Shown: piece by piece, positions 12,962 through 26,111 of the stretch
Layout: each line of letters opens with the position of its first letter
Numbering within the stretch: position 1 is the first letter of the stretch
Assembly: GCF_036321535.1 (NCBI RefSeq)
Contig: NC_087437.1
Span: forward strand, 45,324,001-45,388,000
Direction of reading: 5' to 3'
Length of the DNA stretch: 64,000 nt
Source of the DNA: Camelus dromedarius
Taxonomy: Eukaryota
Made by a program: the position numbers and the translations under genes
The notes under the pieces: model-generated
The model's database searches: none
Told to the model about the DNA's origin: nothing
The model's input: only the letters and a program-made list of their open reading frames with translations

Positions 12962-13530
12962 CTTTTTTCACAACTTTATTGAGATACAATTGACATATAA
13001 CATTGTGAAAGTTCAAGTGTATAATGTGTTGATTTGAGTTATATACAAGTATTCCCTACTTTTTAAAAGATTGTTTTACATCAATTCACTTTTCCAAAAG
13101 ACCTTCATTTGTACCTGTTTTTATTAACTGAAAGAAATCCAAAGATGAAAAACAAAAATAGCATTCAGAGTTTGTTTTGCAGCAAGTCATTACAAAGACA
13201 GTACCCACCCTGAGCAGCGAGTGTGGCAACACCAAGCTCCTTCCCTGTAACTAAAGTCAGCATCTCAGCATCAAGCCACCATAGCTTTGAACTGTGTGTC
13301 TATGAGCATCTGTGCTTTAGCTCCAATTATCCTGTGCATCCATTAACAAGACTCGTGAGATAATTGCTTCTTTGCTTTATGCCACTTTGGCTTTCTGAAA
13401 GTTTTCATAGGAACACTCTGTTTTCAGATAGCAGGAGAAATCTGTATTGCAATATGATTACCACTGTAGTGGTATCACCTCCCTCATGTAACATAATTAC
13501 CTTTTTTTATGGTGAGAACTTTTATGATCT
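12962..13530 (-). mobile_element. Short L1MA9-like 3' end split by a Tigger MITE
   Basis: CAACTTTATTGAGATACAATTGACATATAACATTG... resumes after 13446 as TTGCAATATGATTACCAC...GGTGAGAACTTTTATGATCT. Confidence 0.8.
13046..13444. mobile_element. TcMar-Tigger-type non-autonomous DNA transposon
   Basis: TA TSD on both sides (13044-45, 13445-46); degenerate TIRs CAAGTATTCCCTACTTTTTAAAAG / TTTTCAGATAGCAGGAGAAATCTG; interrupts the L1 cleanly. Confidence 0.85.
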
Positions 13531-13599
13531 GGATAAGGGTGAATTCCTGGAGGAAATAAATAATCTCAATAAAATTTTATTAAATTAGAATTTTAAATT

Positions 13600-14327
13600 T
13601 AATAGGGGAGAATTAGCCATGCAAGATTGGAAAGGTCCCACCTATTCAAGGGTTGGAATTCACCTTTTTGCCTTCTATGTCCTATACAAATGTGTCTCTT
13701 CTCTGAAGGGCTACATTAAACTGGGCAAGGGAGAAAACTCCTGAAATTCATAAGCTGAGGCTATAAAATTTGCAAGATTCAAAACACTGGGATTTGATTA
13801 TTCTTTTAAGGAGAAGTCACCAATTATAAGATAATAGAAAAGCAAAAACTTAGAGCAAGAGCAAAAAGGAAGACATGAAAGAGAGAAATGGAAAAGAATA
13901 GTAACTAAGGAAGTTGTATGGATGAAACACCATGGGAGTGACTTTGTGAGATTTCCTTCAACAGGCTAAGAGAGTAAAGCAGTTAGTTCAGGGTACATTC
14001 AATCTCTAGTCTCAGCTCTGTACAGTTCCACTACTTGAATTTCTTTTACAAAAACTGCTTCAACATTCTCTGATATACAGTATGTAACTCCTCGTGAAGA
14101 GAAGAGAAAATAGCAAACAGAAGATGTGGAAGAGGGGTATCACATTCTTCCCTCATCACTGATGGCTTGCAGCAACGCTGTGGTCAACTGGAAGGAAGAG
14201 CATGTACCAATCAATGACAAGCCAGATTGGGGGAAAGCAACAGGGGTGCCATTTGCTCCTTACCTAGAGGTTACATCAGACACCCTGTGTGATAGACAAC
14301 AACACCTGCCAAAGGAAGTTACCACAC
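13600..14327 (+). mobile_element. Probable ancient LTR (MamGypLTR/LTR85-like)
   Basis: TATA-like GGCTATAAAA; 3' part CAGGGGTGCCATTTGCTCC...GGAAGTTACCACA resembles mammalian Gypsy-like LTR ends. Recall-based and weak. Confidence 0.4.
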
Positions 14328-14329
14328 CA

Positions 14330-14950
14330 GCCACATGGGAACTTAGTGTATGATATACATGTTACTGCAGTCAACGGAGAAAAGTACATTATTCTACAAG
14401 CAAACTGACCAAGTATTGTGGAAATGAAAAGGACAAAGACCTAACACATCCCATACACCCAAACAGATTCCAAGTGTTTAAAGAATTAAACTTACGAGAG
14501 TCTGTAAAAGAACAAGAAGAAAATATTCAATGATACATAAAATAGGAGGATGGAAATTTCTTTCTCAGGATGAGACTATAAGCAGATACGATAAATAAAT
14601 GAGTTATATAGAGTTGACTATTTTGAATCTTAAGATGTTTTAAGTAAAATATATCCAAATGAAATGAAAAAAGACAAGTTAAAATGGAAAGAGGACAGAT
14701 TAACACCTATAATGAAAACAAATCACATTAGAAGAATTGGGGAAAACCATGAACAGGAAAAGTAAATAAACCACGAACAGGAAAATAAAAATAAATAAAT
14801 AAACAAATAAATAAATAAATGCCAAAACACATGAAAAAGGAGAAAACAACCCTCCCATAGTTAAACAAATGCAAAGTAAAGCAATAGTGATATGTAGTTT
14901 GGTCTTTCAATTAGAAAAAATTATGGCTAAGGCAAAAGTAAACTGGAAAT
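14330..14950 (+). mobile_element. Old L1 (L1ME-like) ORF2 3' fragment
   Basis: CACATGGGAACTTAGTGTATGAT ... ACAAATGCAAAGTAAAGCAATAGTGATATG. Confidence 0.7.
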
Positions 14951-14964
14951 TGCAATAAGGTAAT

Positions 14965-15185
14965 TATTACGTGTTTTTAATGTTCTGTGCTGGAACACTG
15001 CTAGATTTCCACTGTTTATCTAGGTTTGCCTTCACTACAACCCTCTGGGTAAGGTAGTACAGCATTCCCCATTTTATAGATAAGGAGACTGAGGCTTAGA
15101 GATGTGTGATATCAAACACCTAGTAGTAAGAACACAAGTTTATTAGATCCCACAGTCCCTGCTCTTTACGATGCTACAGTGTTCC
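14965..15185 (-). mobile_element. MIR SINE
   Basis: TCCCCATTTTATAGATAAGGAGACTGAGGCTTAGAGA core. Confidence 0.88.
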
Positions 15186-18100
15186 TGCAGTAGCTGAGAA
15201 AGACTATTAGAGGTGTTGGACTTAGGAAGTAACACAATAAAATCAATAATTAGGAACATTTTACTGGGCAGTACTAAGTAGTAAGGGTTTGTGTATGATA
15301 TGTTTTTAAAATGTTCATCAGTATTAAACAATTGCATGACACGATTTTGCATGTTGGTTCTCATGTTTGTAATCTCTGCCAAACCTGGAGCATCAAGGTT
15401 ACATTCACTGTGGTGGTGTCAATATTTTTGCCTTGCCCTTGCATGTCTGAGTTTTTCAGGAGCAATGCTATCCCACAGTAACCACATCCCTTTCCATTTC
15501 ACTGTGCATCACATAAACAGGAAACTTGTAATGATAGTGGCTGAGAAATCAGTTTGGGCCAAATACAGTATGGATTTAAACTGTCAACCTCAAGGGAACA
15601 AAGCTGTCCCTTGTCACAGTGCCCTAAGTAAGGATTTCCATCACCCATCAAAGGCTGAGATGGAGGTGAAGCATCAGCAAGCAGGGAATAGTAAACCTGC
15701 CTTTAACGATTTCCATGAATACTGGAAGACAGTCTCGGCAAGTATCTGTTTCCTTAGAGCAGCTTAAACCCTAGAAACATCTGGCTCGACATTATAAAAG
15801 GCACTACTGGTTTTATTTATCTGTTTTGTACTTGCTTTTCAATTCCAAAAGTAATTCCAGATTGAGACAGCAAAGTAGTTCCTGGATAGTTTTGGAAATA
15901 CACTATTGTAACTCACCGCTTACATGGCTGCACAATAATTTAGCTATGCTTGAAATGGTAAGTTTCAGGCTTTAGTCTCATTTATTCTTTTAACATTCAA
16001 AAAGATGGAATAGAACTTTAAATGCTGAGTAACATTAAAAACAAATCAATATGTTATTCATGTGTGGTGTGCAAGGGAATTTTTTAGTAATTCTTACCTT
16101 TTCAGATCATTAATCTTAATCATCATACCACACAGGCTTTATAATCACCCTCAAAATGACTAATTCAGCAATCCTTATAATTCTGAAAATTGGGTAGTAC
16201 GCATACTCCAGAGTGATTCAACAAGGCAATTCTCAGAGGACAAATGCAGCTGTAATCTAGCCTTGTAGGTTCTTGATAATAAACAAAAATACAAGAGCAA
16301 AAGGTGGACAGCCTCATACCTAGAGTTTATTTTGAAGATGTTTTATATTATTTTTTCATAGTATTCGATTTCAGACTTCAAATCACCATTTATCTGCAGA
16401 TAAAATCAAATAAATATTTGATTTAAGTCTAATTTTGTAACATTTTCCATCTTTAGAGCTTTCCATCCAAATACATCCCTATGGTATCAGGTAAAGTTGA
16501 ATATGACAATGCAACAGATTTAGATTTCCATGAAGGAGGAAGGCACTTCACAGTGGTGGCTCCTTTTCTTTCTATTTATTAGTGGTGAATGTGTGGGAAG
16601 ATGCAAATTTAAATAATGTATTTATAAGCACAGATAAATATCCTGTAATACTTTAACATCTCCACCAAGTACACAAAGTTATATCACATGTTAGTTAGAT
16701 AAACCCTTATCGCTCTATTTCTTATATATGTAAAAACACATGTCAAATTTTTGGAATTTGCTTTACACTTATCATATTACACTATATAAAGATATCTTCC
16801 TACCTCTAAAATAATGGCAAAATCATTTAACTCATTTGGTGATTTTCTTTTCAGAGTAGGTTTCACTCTGGATCATGAATCTAACACATGGACTACTTTT
16901 GTTATTTTGTCTAAAACATAAAGTCCTAGTGTGGCTGTGGTTTTAGTAGCCTTACTAATCCGATATTGAAAGAAATTCCTCAGGCATGTTCTGTCTTTGA
17001 ACTAAATTGCTTCTTAAGTTAAAAGCATTCTAAGTCTTCACTGAAATCTATGGGAACCTCAGAATCAATTTCTCAACAAATTTGAGTAGTTTGATTTCTA
17101 TTTTGGATGCTTTATTTCCTGACTCTTGAAAACACTGACAGATTGCAAGAAGAAATTTGGTTGGGAGATCCAAATGCCAGTTTTTTGCTGTTTACAGCAC
17201 AAATGACCAAAGTTGGATGTGACTCATCTTCACTGAAATACAACTAACAAATGAGCACGTCTCCACAGGGGAGAAATGTATGTTAAGAGATAGATTTACT
17301 GCAAACAAATGCAGTGACTACTTGGCCTTGAAAATTTGAAGTCTAGTGAGAATTTGGTCAATTTTATCCCAACTCTGATCAAGGATGCCCACCCACAGGC
17401 AACATGATCATATTTAAATACAGAAGGGATTGTAGGTAAAATGCTGATTTTCAGACAGTTACACAAAGTAAAGAAGCCACGGTACCTGTCAGGAAGCTGT
17501 AACTGCAGAGATCAAACCTGGCTCATTTGTCTAAACCACTTCCTTAAGAATGGAAAGAGAGAGTATAATAGCCAAGATTTTCCCTTGACTAAAGTTTCAT
17601 CAAGGCTTAAAGGAGTGAAGATAATTATCTTATGTCTTTGATGGAAAGCCAATTGTTTTTCTAATTTTCCAATAATTTGGGAGAAAACACCAGGAGAAAT
17701 TTATTCTTAAACTCATTCTTAGATTGGCTGATTGAAATTTCCAGGGATTTTTTTTCCCCTTCAAGATCTCTAACTGGATGGCAAAGTGAAAAAAAAATCT
17801 AATCCAATTTAAACAGGGTCCTAACTGAATCATTATATAAATATACTGAGAAATGACACATTTCTAAGGCAACCAGGGACATCTATAACTCAGTGAGAAT
17901 GAGTCCTATTCATTAATATTATGGCATTACAGAGGCAGTCACTTTATCATGTGGTAATATTCATGACTATAGGAAAGGAAAGGAATTAGCATCAGTTCTC
18001 ACTGGAAATTAATACAGCTTTAAAAATTAAAAATAAAGGATGTAGGGGAATAGAAAGTATTTATTACATTTAAAGGACTAATGGTTGGTTTGTACATCTT

Positions 18101-19536
18101 TATTATATTTGGAATAATAAAGATGTTATTTAAATCTACATATCTTGTTTAGTAACATCTACATTTTATCTAGGCTGTTTTTACTTAATATTCACAACAA
18201 GGCATTTTATAACAGTAATATATATTTTGTACATTTCAACTATAAAGTTTTATACTAGCTGACACTGCACACTGCAGACAAATCCTTTAATAGAGTTTCA
18301 AATTTTTCTATAAATTCATCTTATTCCTTCAGTCGAAGTGATTCCCAGTGTAGCTTTCTTCAGCAATGGGCTTTACATCAGAAAACAAATCTCTATAGCA
18401 TGGTATAGACATCACATTAAATGTCTCTAGCACTTCAGAGATACCCATTTCATCCCTTATCCTGAAGTCAATAGAAAATCTCTCTGCATAAATTCTACAT
18501 TTAATCCTTCCGGTAACGAATATGTAGTTACATACAATTACACATTTGTTTACACAAATGCACTGACCACTGTTATCATCATTAATGTTATCATCATTTA
18601 TTAAGAAATAGGTTATAGGAAGGCAAAGAGTAATGAGAGGAGAAAGGTGAGCAGAAAGGAAGCAGTAATCACGTCTATTTTCAACATTTCCTTAGTGGGT
18701 TTTTTTTGTCTGTTTTTTTTATTTTTTTTAACCTCTTTCCTTTACCTCTGGCATGCCATATACTTCACAACTATACAAAAGAATCTTCATTCTGGCAGCT
18801 ACGAACAATTTTGCCCCACACCAGTGCTTTTGGCCTTCACAACAACTGTGTGTGAGGTAACTAAACAATGAGCAGCCAGTACAAAGCTTCACAGGCTTGA
18901 CAACTGGAAAACATAGCACCTGAAATGCAAGGTCATTCCAGCAATTATATAGACATAATCAAAAGCCACATCTGCAACCACCAATCAATCTATTTTCTCT
19001 GGCCAACTCCTCTGTTAATTGTATATCATTCTCTTGGAGTTAACTTACAGGCAACAGATTTATGCATCGAGACAATTAAAATGACCAGACTATCTTTTCT
19101 AAAATACAGCCATTTTAACCACACAGATAACAGAGTGGCAGTTGAGGACTTTTCATTTAAATTTATTTTCTAAGTCCTCAATATGAAAAAAGAAAAACAA
19201 ATCTTGTCAATATTCAAATGTAGCATTTCAAGAGGTTTTCACAGGTGAAAGCTTCGCAGTGAAGGACTGTCATTATTCAGTGAGAGTCAAGGAGATTGCG
19301 ACAACTGCAAACATTCAAGTGAAAACAAAATTAATTTTACTTTTAATATCATTTTCTAATGCCCTTCAAAGCAGACTCGACCTCATCACAAGTTTTCCTT
19401 ACACTAAGTTTTCTTTTAAAGATGTAACAATTATTTCCTGGTAATCTTGGGGACAAGGAAAGGAATTAAGCAGATTTTTTTTTGTTTTACCAGCATCTGA
19501 AAATGCATTATTACACAAAGACCAAACAACTGTGAG

Positions 19537-19538
19537 AA

Positions 19539-19573
<35 letters not shown>

Positions 19574-19575
19574 AT
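19537..19575. repeat. (AAAT)n microsatellite
   Basis: About 9-10 perfect units. Confidence 0.98.
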
Positions 19576-19705
19576 AGTTCTATATGTACTTACAATAGTC
19601 ATCTCTGTTGATTATTATGTATACAATATTTTCAACAAGAAACCACAACTAATCACTGGACAGCATTCCTTGCTACTGAACTAGATGGATCCTTGCAATA
19701 GAGTG

Positions 19706-20174
19706 TTTTGGGGTTTTTTTTTAAATGCTGTCTTGACTCAGTTTTGAGGCTCTGGCTATAGTTGGCGGTTCTGGCTAATCTTGAACAGCTGATTGAGTAT
19801 ACATCTCAACCACCTTTTTATGGGGCCCTCACACTGCAGGCCACTACATACCTACCTGCCGTAATCACACTGAGACCAAGTATCAAACAACTAAGGACAG
19901 CCCCCTTTTCCCTAGATCCCTAGAAATTACTCAAAGTAGCCAACCCATAGGGAAGCCAGGAAACCCAGCTAACATCACCCCACTTGCCATACATATGTTG
20001 CCACCGTTGCTCCAGTTTGCTGTTACCCTGTGCCTGTCACAACTCCCCACATGGCCCTGCCTGACAGCTTTCTCCCGTTTGGAGTGGTAAGTAACAAAGT
20101 ATTCTGTCTTTCATCTATCCAAGCATCAGTGTTTTTGTCCTGCCATCAAAAACATCTTTAAATCTTATAAAACA
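19706..20174 (+). mobile_element. ERVL-class solo LTR (MER73/MER74/MER54 group)
   Basis: Ends TCTTTAAATCTTATAAAACA; internal CAACTAAGGACAGCCCC and CCCTAGAAATTACTCAAAGTAGCCAA motifs. 5' boundary approximate. Confidence 0.7.
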
Positions 20175-20229
20175 AACCTTTCTTCAGTTGACTTTCTACA
20201 ACTTTCATGCTTGTAAATAGATAAACATA

Positions 20230-23200
20230 CTTTCAGAAAAATGGAGTAGTGGATGTTTTTCTTTTTATTCCTCTTACTATGTACTATTAAAAAGCATAGA
20301 CATTATATAAAAAAAACAGACATAGAATATCCTGAAAGAGAAGTTGAAGAAAGCAAGCCAGATAAGGATCATGGGACCTAAGAAACAAAGTTTCCATGGG
20401 TTTTCTTTTTGTCTCCTATATCCCAAACTTAAAGCTGAAAAAAGCTGGTAACCCCAAAATGCCAATAGATATAAAAAGAAGAAAAAAAGCTCAATCAAAA
20501 CTCTGCCCTCAAAGAAATGCATACTAATATACATAATAAACACTTGAAAACTGAAAAATGAGAAGAAAATCTTGAAAGCAGCCAGAAATTTCATCTTTAC
20601 TATAGGGGAAAATGACAATTCAAATTATAGCAGATTTCTCACTGTAAACTACTGAGATCGGAAGGAAGGGGTATAAAATGTTTTAAATGCTGAAAGAAGA
20701 GAACTGCCAACCAAGCATCCTATATCCAGTAACAATATCCTTCAGGAATGAAGAAAGGAACCAAGACACTTTCAACTGAAGGAACACTAATAGAATGTGT
20801 TGCCATTTCTACCTTATAGAAATAAATGGCTAAAGGAAGTTCTATAAATAGAAAGGAAAGAATAAAAGAAGGAGACTTAGAACATAAGAAGGAAGAAAGG
20901 ACATGGAAAGCAAAAATGTGAGTAGATGCAACAGACAATCCTTCTCATCTTGAGTGTTCAAAATAGTATTTGATGATCAAAGCAAAAATTGTAACACTGA
21001 TTTGATTCTAGATGTAGAAATTATATTCTCAATAGGGAAAATAAAAGGATATAAATGGAGGTAAGGTTTATGCACTTTGCTATATTTGGTAAAATTACAT
21101 CAACATTAGCCTTTGATAATGTTCTGGATATATATAGTGAAACATCTAAACCATTTAAAATAGAGATATACTCAAAAACACTAAAGAGATAAAAATGGAA
21201 TTCTAAAAATTTATTCAACTAAGCCACAGGAGGATAGAAAACAAACAAAGAAAAAACAGTGAGCAAACAGAAAACAATAAATACAAAAATAAAAACAAAA
21301 AACAAGAACGGCAAACTATATGCTTAATATATCAGTAATTCCATTAAATGTAAATTGTCTAAATATACCAAATAAAACACAGAAATTGGTATAGTGCATT
21401 AATAAATGTGAACCAGCTACCTATTGTCTATAGGAAACTCACTTTGAATATAACAATTTAGTAAAGGATGGAAACAAATACAACATGTAAACATTAATCA
21501 AAGATAGAAGGAATGACTATATTAATGTCTAATAATGTAGACTTTAGACCCATGCAAATATACTGAACTATTTTATAATGAACATACAAAGGCTATTCAG
21601 TGGAGGAAAGAAGGCTTTTTCAACAAATGGTACTGGAGCAATTGGACATCCATACGCCCACCCCAAATTAAACTCAATCCAAGTCTCAAATCTATATAAA
21701 AATGAACCCAAAATGAATCACAAACATAAATGCAAAACATAAGGCTTTTAGGAAAAATACAGGAGAAAATCTTTGGGATCTAGGGATAGACAAAGAGTTC
21801 CTAGACTTGACACTAAAAACACAATCCATAAAAGGGAAAACTGATAAATTGGAATTCAACAACATTTAGAAATCTTGTTCTGTGTAAGACTGTTAAGAGG
21901 AAGAAAAGAGAAACTTACAGACTGGGGAGACTGTCTGCAAAGCACATATCTCACAAAAGACTAAAATTTAGAATAGATTATACACTTTCAAAACTCAGTA
22001 GTAAGGTACACACAATTCAGTTAGAAAAATCCAGTTAGGAATACATGAATAGATATTTCACAAAAGAGGATATGCAGATGGCAAGAAAGCACATGAAAAG
22101 ATGTTTAACATAACTAGCCACTAGGGAAGTACTAATTAAATTTCCAATGGGATATCACTACACACTTATCAAATGGCTAAAATAAAAATACTGACAATGC
22201 TAAATGCTGACATAAGTACAGAGCAACTTGATCACTCCTACTTTCTGCTGGGAATATAAATTGGTACAACCACTCTGGAAAATAGCAATTGCTTAAAAAC
22301 CTAAACATGCTATCACCATACAACCATTGCACTCCTAGGTATTTATCCTAGAGAAATAAAAACTAATGTTCATATAGAAAGCCTGTACATGAACTTTATA
22401 GTAGCCTTATTTGTAATAGTCAAAAACTAGAAACAAGCCAGATGTCCTTCACTGGGTATATGGTTAAACAAACTGATGCAGCCATACTATGAAAAATTAC
22501 TCAGCTATAAAAAGGAATGAACTATCAATACAAACAACAACCTGGCAAATCTCCAGGTGTGTTAAACCCAAACTCAGGTGCCTGATGCACAGTGAGGCCA
22601 AACAAACCAAAACATCAGAGTGTGAAGCAGAGAGAGGTTTATGGAAAGGGCCACACAAGGAGAACGGGTGGCTCGTGCTCAAAGAACTCGAACTTTCTGA
22701 TGGTTTTGAGGGAAGAGTTTTTAAAAGTAAAATTTGGGGTAGGAGCTGTAGGGTGTGTGACTTCTTCTGATTGGTTGGTGGAGAGGTAACAGGGCAGTGC
22801 TCCAGGAATCTCGTGCTCAGCCTGAAGTTGCCATCCTCCACCTGGGGGGTGGGGTGGGCAGCGATGGGAGGCTTAGTTTCCATAGAAGAACTCAAAGATG
22901 TGTTGTTACGCATATCCCTTGAGGAAGAACAAGATGCTCTATTGCTGTACTATTGTTTCTTGACTGTTCTTCCTTTTTTCCTGCATTCCCTACCTTCCCT
23001 AATTAGTGACTATTTAGAACTATCAGTAACTAGCCCTTTAGAACTCAGGGAAGGGCTAGGAAGCTAAAGTCTTTTTTCCACAAACAAGAAACCTGGTGGT
23101 GGAGGGGGGTGAACATAGAAAGGCTTTTGTACCCAGGAGGGCCCCAAAGGGTCCTGCGTGGTTTCACAGGGAATCATGCTAAGTGAAAATATATATATAG

Positions 23201-23550
23201 CTGTTATATACTATAAGATTGCATTAATAAAACACTGAAAAGATAAAATCATAAAAATGGAGAATAGATTAGTGGCTGGCAGGGGATCAAAAAGCAGGGT
23301 GACGGTGAGAGTGAAGTGGGTATGGTGATAAAAGGCAACAAGCGGGATCTCTGCGGTGATGGAAACTTTCTGTGTCTGGACCCTACTGATGCCAAAACTC
23401 TGGCTGTGATATTGTACTAGAGTTTTACAAGATGTTGCCTTAGGGCAAAACTAGGTAAAGTATACAAAGGAATTCTTCGAGTTATTTTTTGTTTTTATTT
23501 TACAACTGCATGTGAAAATACATTTAAAATAAAAGTTTAATTAAAAAAAC
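20230..23550 (+). mobile_element. Internally deleted L1MC-type LINE (5' end, part of ORF1, EN start, ORF2 C-terminus, 3'UTR)
   Basis: 5' end AAAATGGAGTAG...; ORF1 motif AAAATCTTGAAAGCAGCCAGA; EN start TAAATGTAAATTGTCTAAAT; jump to C-terminal region near 21545; 3' end ACAACTGCATGTGAA...AAAATAAAAGTTTAATTAAAAAAA. Confidence 0.88.
22558..23166 (-). mobile_element. ERV1 solo LTR, family B copy 1 (inserted in L1MC 3'UTR)
   Basis: TG...CA termini; exact 4-bp TSD CAGG (22554-57 / 23167-70); reverse complement aligns with 28839-29410. Confidence 0.93.
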
Positions 23551-24046
23551 TGAAGCAATAATCTTAAGGAATATTTTGTTTTGATAGGTTTCAAATATGA
23601 TAACAGATGGCTGGTTATATGTTTGAAACTGATGTGCAGTTTTCAAGTACAGAAGTGAGATTCTTAAAGAAATGGGAAAAGTCACAAAAGCACTTAGGGA
23701 GCCAAACACAGTATAAGGTAGCCACACTGAATATTGTTTTCCTTCATAGGAAAATAGGTTTAAAGACTTCCATTTCATTTAATTTTTTTCAATAAGATTG
23801 TTTAAAATTTATTCCATAAGTGTGGATTGAGCACCTATTAGGCACCAGGAACTATTCTAGATAAAGAAAAACTGATGAGAAAAAATGACATGCCTCATAG
23901 AATGTGACCATCATAGATACTATTACAACTAGTAGAATAAAGAAATTTGAATTTTCTAGAATCTGAAGTCTCTGATTACACTGCTATCATTTTTGAATTT
24001 CTGATTTTCTGATGGAGTTTTGTTTCATCACCAGGTTTGTTGCTAT

Positions 24047-24543
24047 TATGAGCGAAAAATACTGCAAACCACATCAGTAAACAAAGAACGCTGAAGCCAT
24101 CAAGTCATCAGCACCGGCCCGCCACCCCCCAGTGAAGACAGGCCTGCAGCGCAGCCTCTGCAGCCACTCACAATGGTGCACCCTGAGGGGACTCAGAAAA
24201 AGAAAGGACAGGATACTGGCCCTAGATAGCTAAGTGCTTGTCAAAGGAATGAATTCAATGAGCCCAACTGTTTGCTCCCTCCCATACATAGAAAAACGCT
24301 AAACTCTTTAACATGAGATGCCTGACTTTCTTCAGTTAACAAATAATCTTTTAATGTTCCAACTACCTTGTCTTTGTTGTAAAGATCCTATAAATCCTGG
24401 CTCCTCCCCTGCCTTTTCAGAGCAGTCCCTTAGAGTGATCTGAGAGGCTGTCATCCCAGGCTGGAAGGGGTTTGAGTGCTCAGAAGTGTCCGCTAAGTAA
24501 AACATTACTCTCAACCTTTAGGCTGTGCGTTTCCTAGTCGACA
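24047..24543 (+). mobile_element. ERV1 solo LTR, family C copy 1
   Basis: TSD CTAT (24043-46 / 24544-47); ends GTCGACA; TATAAA box; direct homolog at 31765-32229. Confidence 0.93.
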
Positions 24544-24613
24544 CTATCCATCTATATATACAGCATTTTTCTTTCAAAAATTATAACTTAGCAAGACTTC
24601 ATTTGACTCCTTA

Positions 24614-25169
24614 TGTGTTAAAGTTCTATCTGTACCGAAAACACAGTACAAGCTAATGACTTTCAAAAAGAAAAGATATTTAAACTTAATTTACATACAA
24701 GACAGAGGCAGGTTATTTTTGTGGAATAAAATTTACATCTTATGGCAAGACAAGAAAAATTTAAACAGAAAAAAAATTCTCTGACCCGTGGCCACCTCTC
24801 TCCCCTCAGCTGTGCACTGTGTGTCTGCATTATGCTTGGACAAAAGCTTCTCCATCGGCAGAAACACCTGCTCAACAGTAAAGAGCAGCATTCTCCTGGC
24901 ATCAACAGGACAACTCCTTAAAGACAGCATTTCTTCTTGATCTTGTTAAGGGGGCGTCACAGTGACCTATTACTCTGTACTTACAGATCTGGGTTGTGTA
25001 AACTGTCATCTAATGTACAGCCCTCTGTCTCAAAAAACTTACAGAACTGTGTTTTGACTTCCAAGGGACAAAACAGTTCTCACAGCTTTCTGAGGGGCTG
25101 TTCCCAGGTTATAATCCTCAGTTTGGCTCCATTTCTTTCTTAGATCGACTGATTAACTTTTTGTTTACA
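24614..25169 (+). mobile_element. ERV1 solo LTR, family D
   Basis: TG...CA termini; TSD CTTA/CTTT (1 mismatch); R/U5-like end TTCTGAGGGGCTGTTCCCAGGTTATAATCCTCAG. Confidence 0.85.
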
Positions 25170-25457
25170 CTTTCTATCATGAAATGAATTTTGTGGATTT
25201 CCGCTTTTCAAACAAAAGAAATTCAGCAAATACCAGAATGGAGTCTATGCATTCCTTTTCATTTACCAAACAGCAGCACCTATAGTCACCAAGAGGAGCA
25301 TGCCACCTCAGGGAAAATTGCTGTTTTTTCCCTACTGTCAGTATTGGTGCATTTAAATGAAATGCCCACCTGATTAAATTTGTTCATTTTTCAGAAAGTT
25401 TTGAAATAAATGGGTAAACATTTGCTTAAAGAAGTAAAACACAGTGTGCAGCTCTAT

Positions 25458-26111
25458 TGAGACAGGAAGGAAGGGGGCAGGGCACAGTCATTCAAAAAAT
25501 GACACAGCAATTAACACCAAGGTGGGGGAAGAATCAACTCCCAACAGGCCTTGAGGCCCAAGATGGAGGGAGATTCGACTTTCAGTAGACCTTGAGCTTC
25601 CTTATACGCTCATTGTAATGTTTTAGCATGATAAATGACACGCCCACAGATGCCATAACAGTTCAGAGGCTGGCCATAAAATGTCAAAAATTGGGCAGTG
25701 GTCCAATTCCTGGGAATCCCCACCCCTTCCCCAAAAGTAGAATACTCCTCCCACTTGTTAGCATATGAAGTTACCAAGCCCATAAAAACTAACAGCCCCC
25801 ATACCTCATGGCCAGTCTCCCTTCTGAGTAAGACAGCCTGAACTCTGTCCATGGAGTGTGTATCTGCTTTTACTTTAAATTGAGCACCCACCCCCATGCC
25901 TCATGGCCTTTCTCCTGCCTTCTGAAACAGCCTGCACTCTGTCTATGGAGTATGTCTCTCTCTGAATAAATCTTACCTTTACTCAACTGTGGCTTGCTCT
26001 TGAATTCTTTCCTGCATGAAGCCAAGGACCCTTACTTGGCAGGGCACATTCCAGGGGCTCAACAGAAACCTGGGATATGGCCATCTCTTGCCCCACATTT
26101 TTCCCGTATCA
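25458..26111 (+). mobile_element. ERV1 solo LTR, family E
   Basis: TGAGACAGG...GTATCA termini; TSD CTAT/CTGT; CATAAAA box; AATAAA at 25965; internal ~70-bp imperfect duplication (25796-25960). Confidence 0.9.

Noticed and set aside
14042..14353. Processed pseudogene (MEEGYHILPSS... ORF)
   Set aside because: No recognisable parent, no poly(A) or TSD. It overlaps a probable ancient LTR end and runs into L1 sequence.
15291..15767. Longest ORF (158 aa) as CDS
   Set aside because: GTG start, no domain similarity and no convincing splice sites; consistent with chance.
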